This document shows positions 32,407 to 34,001 of a stretch of DNA of 34,001 bases, in pieces. The notes under the pieces were generated by a model. That model did not search any database. It saw nothing but the letters and a program-made list of their open reading frames with translations, and had not been told where the DNA came from. The number at the start of each line of letters is the position of its first letter. Positions within the stretch are counted from its first letter, which is position 1. Source of the DNA: Chiloscyllium plagiosum (taxonomy: Eukaryota); the NCBI RefSeq assembly GCF_004010195.1, contig NC_057754.1, positions 11,997,609-12,031,609 on the forward strand, written 5' to 3'. The translations under genes were made by a program, and so were the position numbers.

Positions 32407-34001
32407 ATCGATGACTGCAGACCGTCTCTATAAAAGGTACATTCAATATGAAAAATATGTGCAGCTAAAGACAGCAAACGACGCAAGAAAGATACAGAGG
32501 GGAATCAACACAGCTCGCTGGATTTGAAACTTCAATAACTTTTTTAAATTTCATCGGGGCATTATCAAATCAGTATATTGCTATAGAGTGGGAAGTAGAA
32601 AAATCGCTAAGGCAAAGTAGGCTTAGACTGTAGGTAGTTGTTTAATACTCTCTTTTGGAGTTGAAGAATTAATGTTTTTTTTTAAAATGGTGAATTTGGT
32701 TAGTTCTCTACAATCAAAATTTAACAGTTTAAGGTTGAGGTGAGTTTTTATGTGCGTCTAGTTTAAGTTAACATAAGTGTTTATCCATTATGTGCACTTG
32801 GGTCCGTGATTTAGACAGATTTAATCAGATCCAGTCTGATATTTGAACAGATCTGAATGGATTTAACGTGCGAAAGATCACAGCAGATTTAAACAATTGC
32901 TGATTAGTGTCCCAGATCATTAAGTAAAACGTAGGTGAAACAATTTCTTTAATTTGATTTGCTAGTAGTTGGTTAAGATAAAAGTGCGAAAATGGCTCTT
33001 AAAATTTCTGAAGAGGTTCTCGGGTGTGAAATGATTCCCAAATTTGTGAAGAAAGTTTTGAAAGAAGAGAAAATACCCTACTCTCAAAAATAGTGAAGCG
33101 GTTAGAATTGGGATTAACCAGGGAGAAAAGGAAAGCTGAAATTGTAAGGGAGTTACACAAACACTTATTTGTGTCAGAGAAACAGACAAGAGTTAGAAAA
33201 TTTAGTTAGAAAAACTTACGTTGGAGCTGAGGAAAATGAAATTAGAAGCTAAGCAAAGAGGGAGCAAAAAGAAACGCCGGAAATGGTGATTTTTCTACCA
33301 CCCACTCTATAGCAATATACTGATTTGATAAAGAAAGGGCAGCACGGTGGCACAATGGTTGGCACTACTGCCTCACAGCGCCAAAGATCCGGGTTCAATT
33401 ACCACCTCAGGCGACTGACTGTGTGGAGTTTGCACATTCTCCTCGTGTCTGCGTGGGTTTCTTCCGTGTGCTCCGGTTTCCTCCCGCGGTCCAAAAATGT
33501 GCAGTTTAGTTGAATTGGCAATGCTAAATTGCCCGTAGTGTTAGGTGCAGGGGTAATGTAGGGGAATGGGTCTGAGTGGGTGCTCTCCAGAGGGTCGGTA
33601 TGGACTTGTTTCCACACTTTAAGTGATCTGTAAGTAAAGAGTGTGAAAAGAAAGATACAGCGGAAAAGAATGCGCGAGAAGGTTCTTAGCTGAGGAAAGA
33701 TAAAGGGAGAATGAAGGAAGGGAGAGAGAAGTTGTGAAGTAACTTGAAATTCAGAAATTGCAACTTAGTCAAGGAAGTCAAATTATCATGATGGAGATGA
33801 ATAGAGAAGATAGTGATGCATGCAAAGATGTTAATACTATGTCATATTTTGTTGGGAAAGATATTGAGGCCTTCTCCTTTCACATGAGAAATTGGCAGAG
33901 GACTTGTGGGTAATGCTAGTTCACCCTAAACTGGCAGGCAGTGCTAGTGAGGTATTTGCAGTGCTGTTAGATGAGGGGTGAAAAGATGATGAAGAGGTCA
34001 A
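32407..34001 (+). mobile_element. Second copy of the Gypsy 5' LTR (partial), leader and gag 5' part
   Basis: Colinear and highly similar to 21764-23357, with the gag ATG at 32992 ('MALKISEEVLG'). Confidence 0.92.
33337..33630 (+). mobile_element. HE1 SINE at the same gag site as 22638-22950
   Basis: HE1 head and V-domain. The downstream flank (aaagagtgtgaaaagaaagata) matches the first copy. Confidence 0.92.

Noticed and set aside
31781..32527. ORFs of 180-222 aa
   Set aside because: Artefacts of reading through the N gap.

Overview
Eukaryotic, repeat-saturated DNA, almost certainly from a cartilaginous fish (shark), judged from HE1/V-SINEs and shark-type CR1 LINEs. No intact host gene is visible, and the supplied ORFs are transposon remnants or low-complexity artefacts. 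The window holds two near-full-length decayed CR1 LINEs (SGNH-esterase ORF1, APE-RT ORF2), many CR1 fragments and five HE1-like SINEs. It also holds a rearranged Penelope-like element (PLE) and a complete but decayed Gmr1-type Gypsy LTR retrotransposon (SCAN-like gag, integrase upstream of RT, about 21516-29981) inserted into a CR1. A duplicated 5' copy of that Gypsy follows a 500-N gap. The most interesting signal is an about 190-bp non-coding fold-back insertion (13049-13239) with a 16-bp target-site duplication. Its long inverted arms enclose a decayed minimal hammerhead ribozyme, and the sense arm begins at the predicted cleavage site. A second hammerhead remnant lies at 1472-1505. All calls were made by eye and boundaries are approximate.
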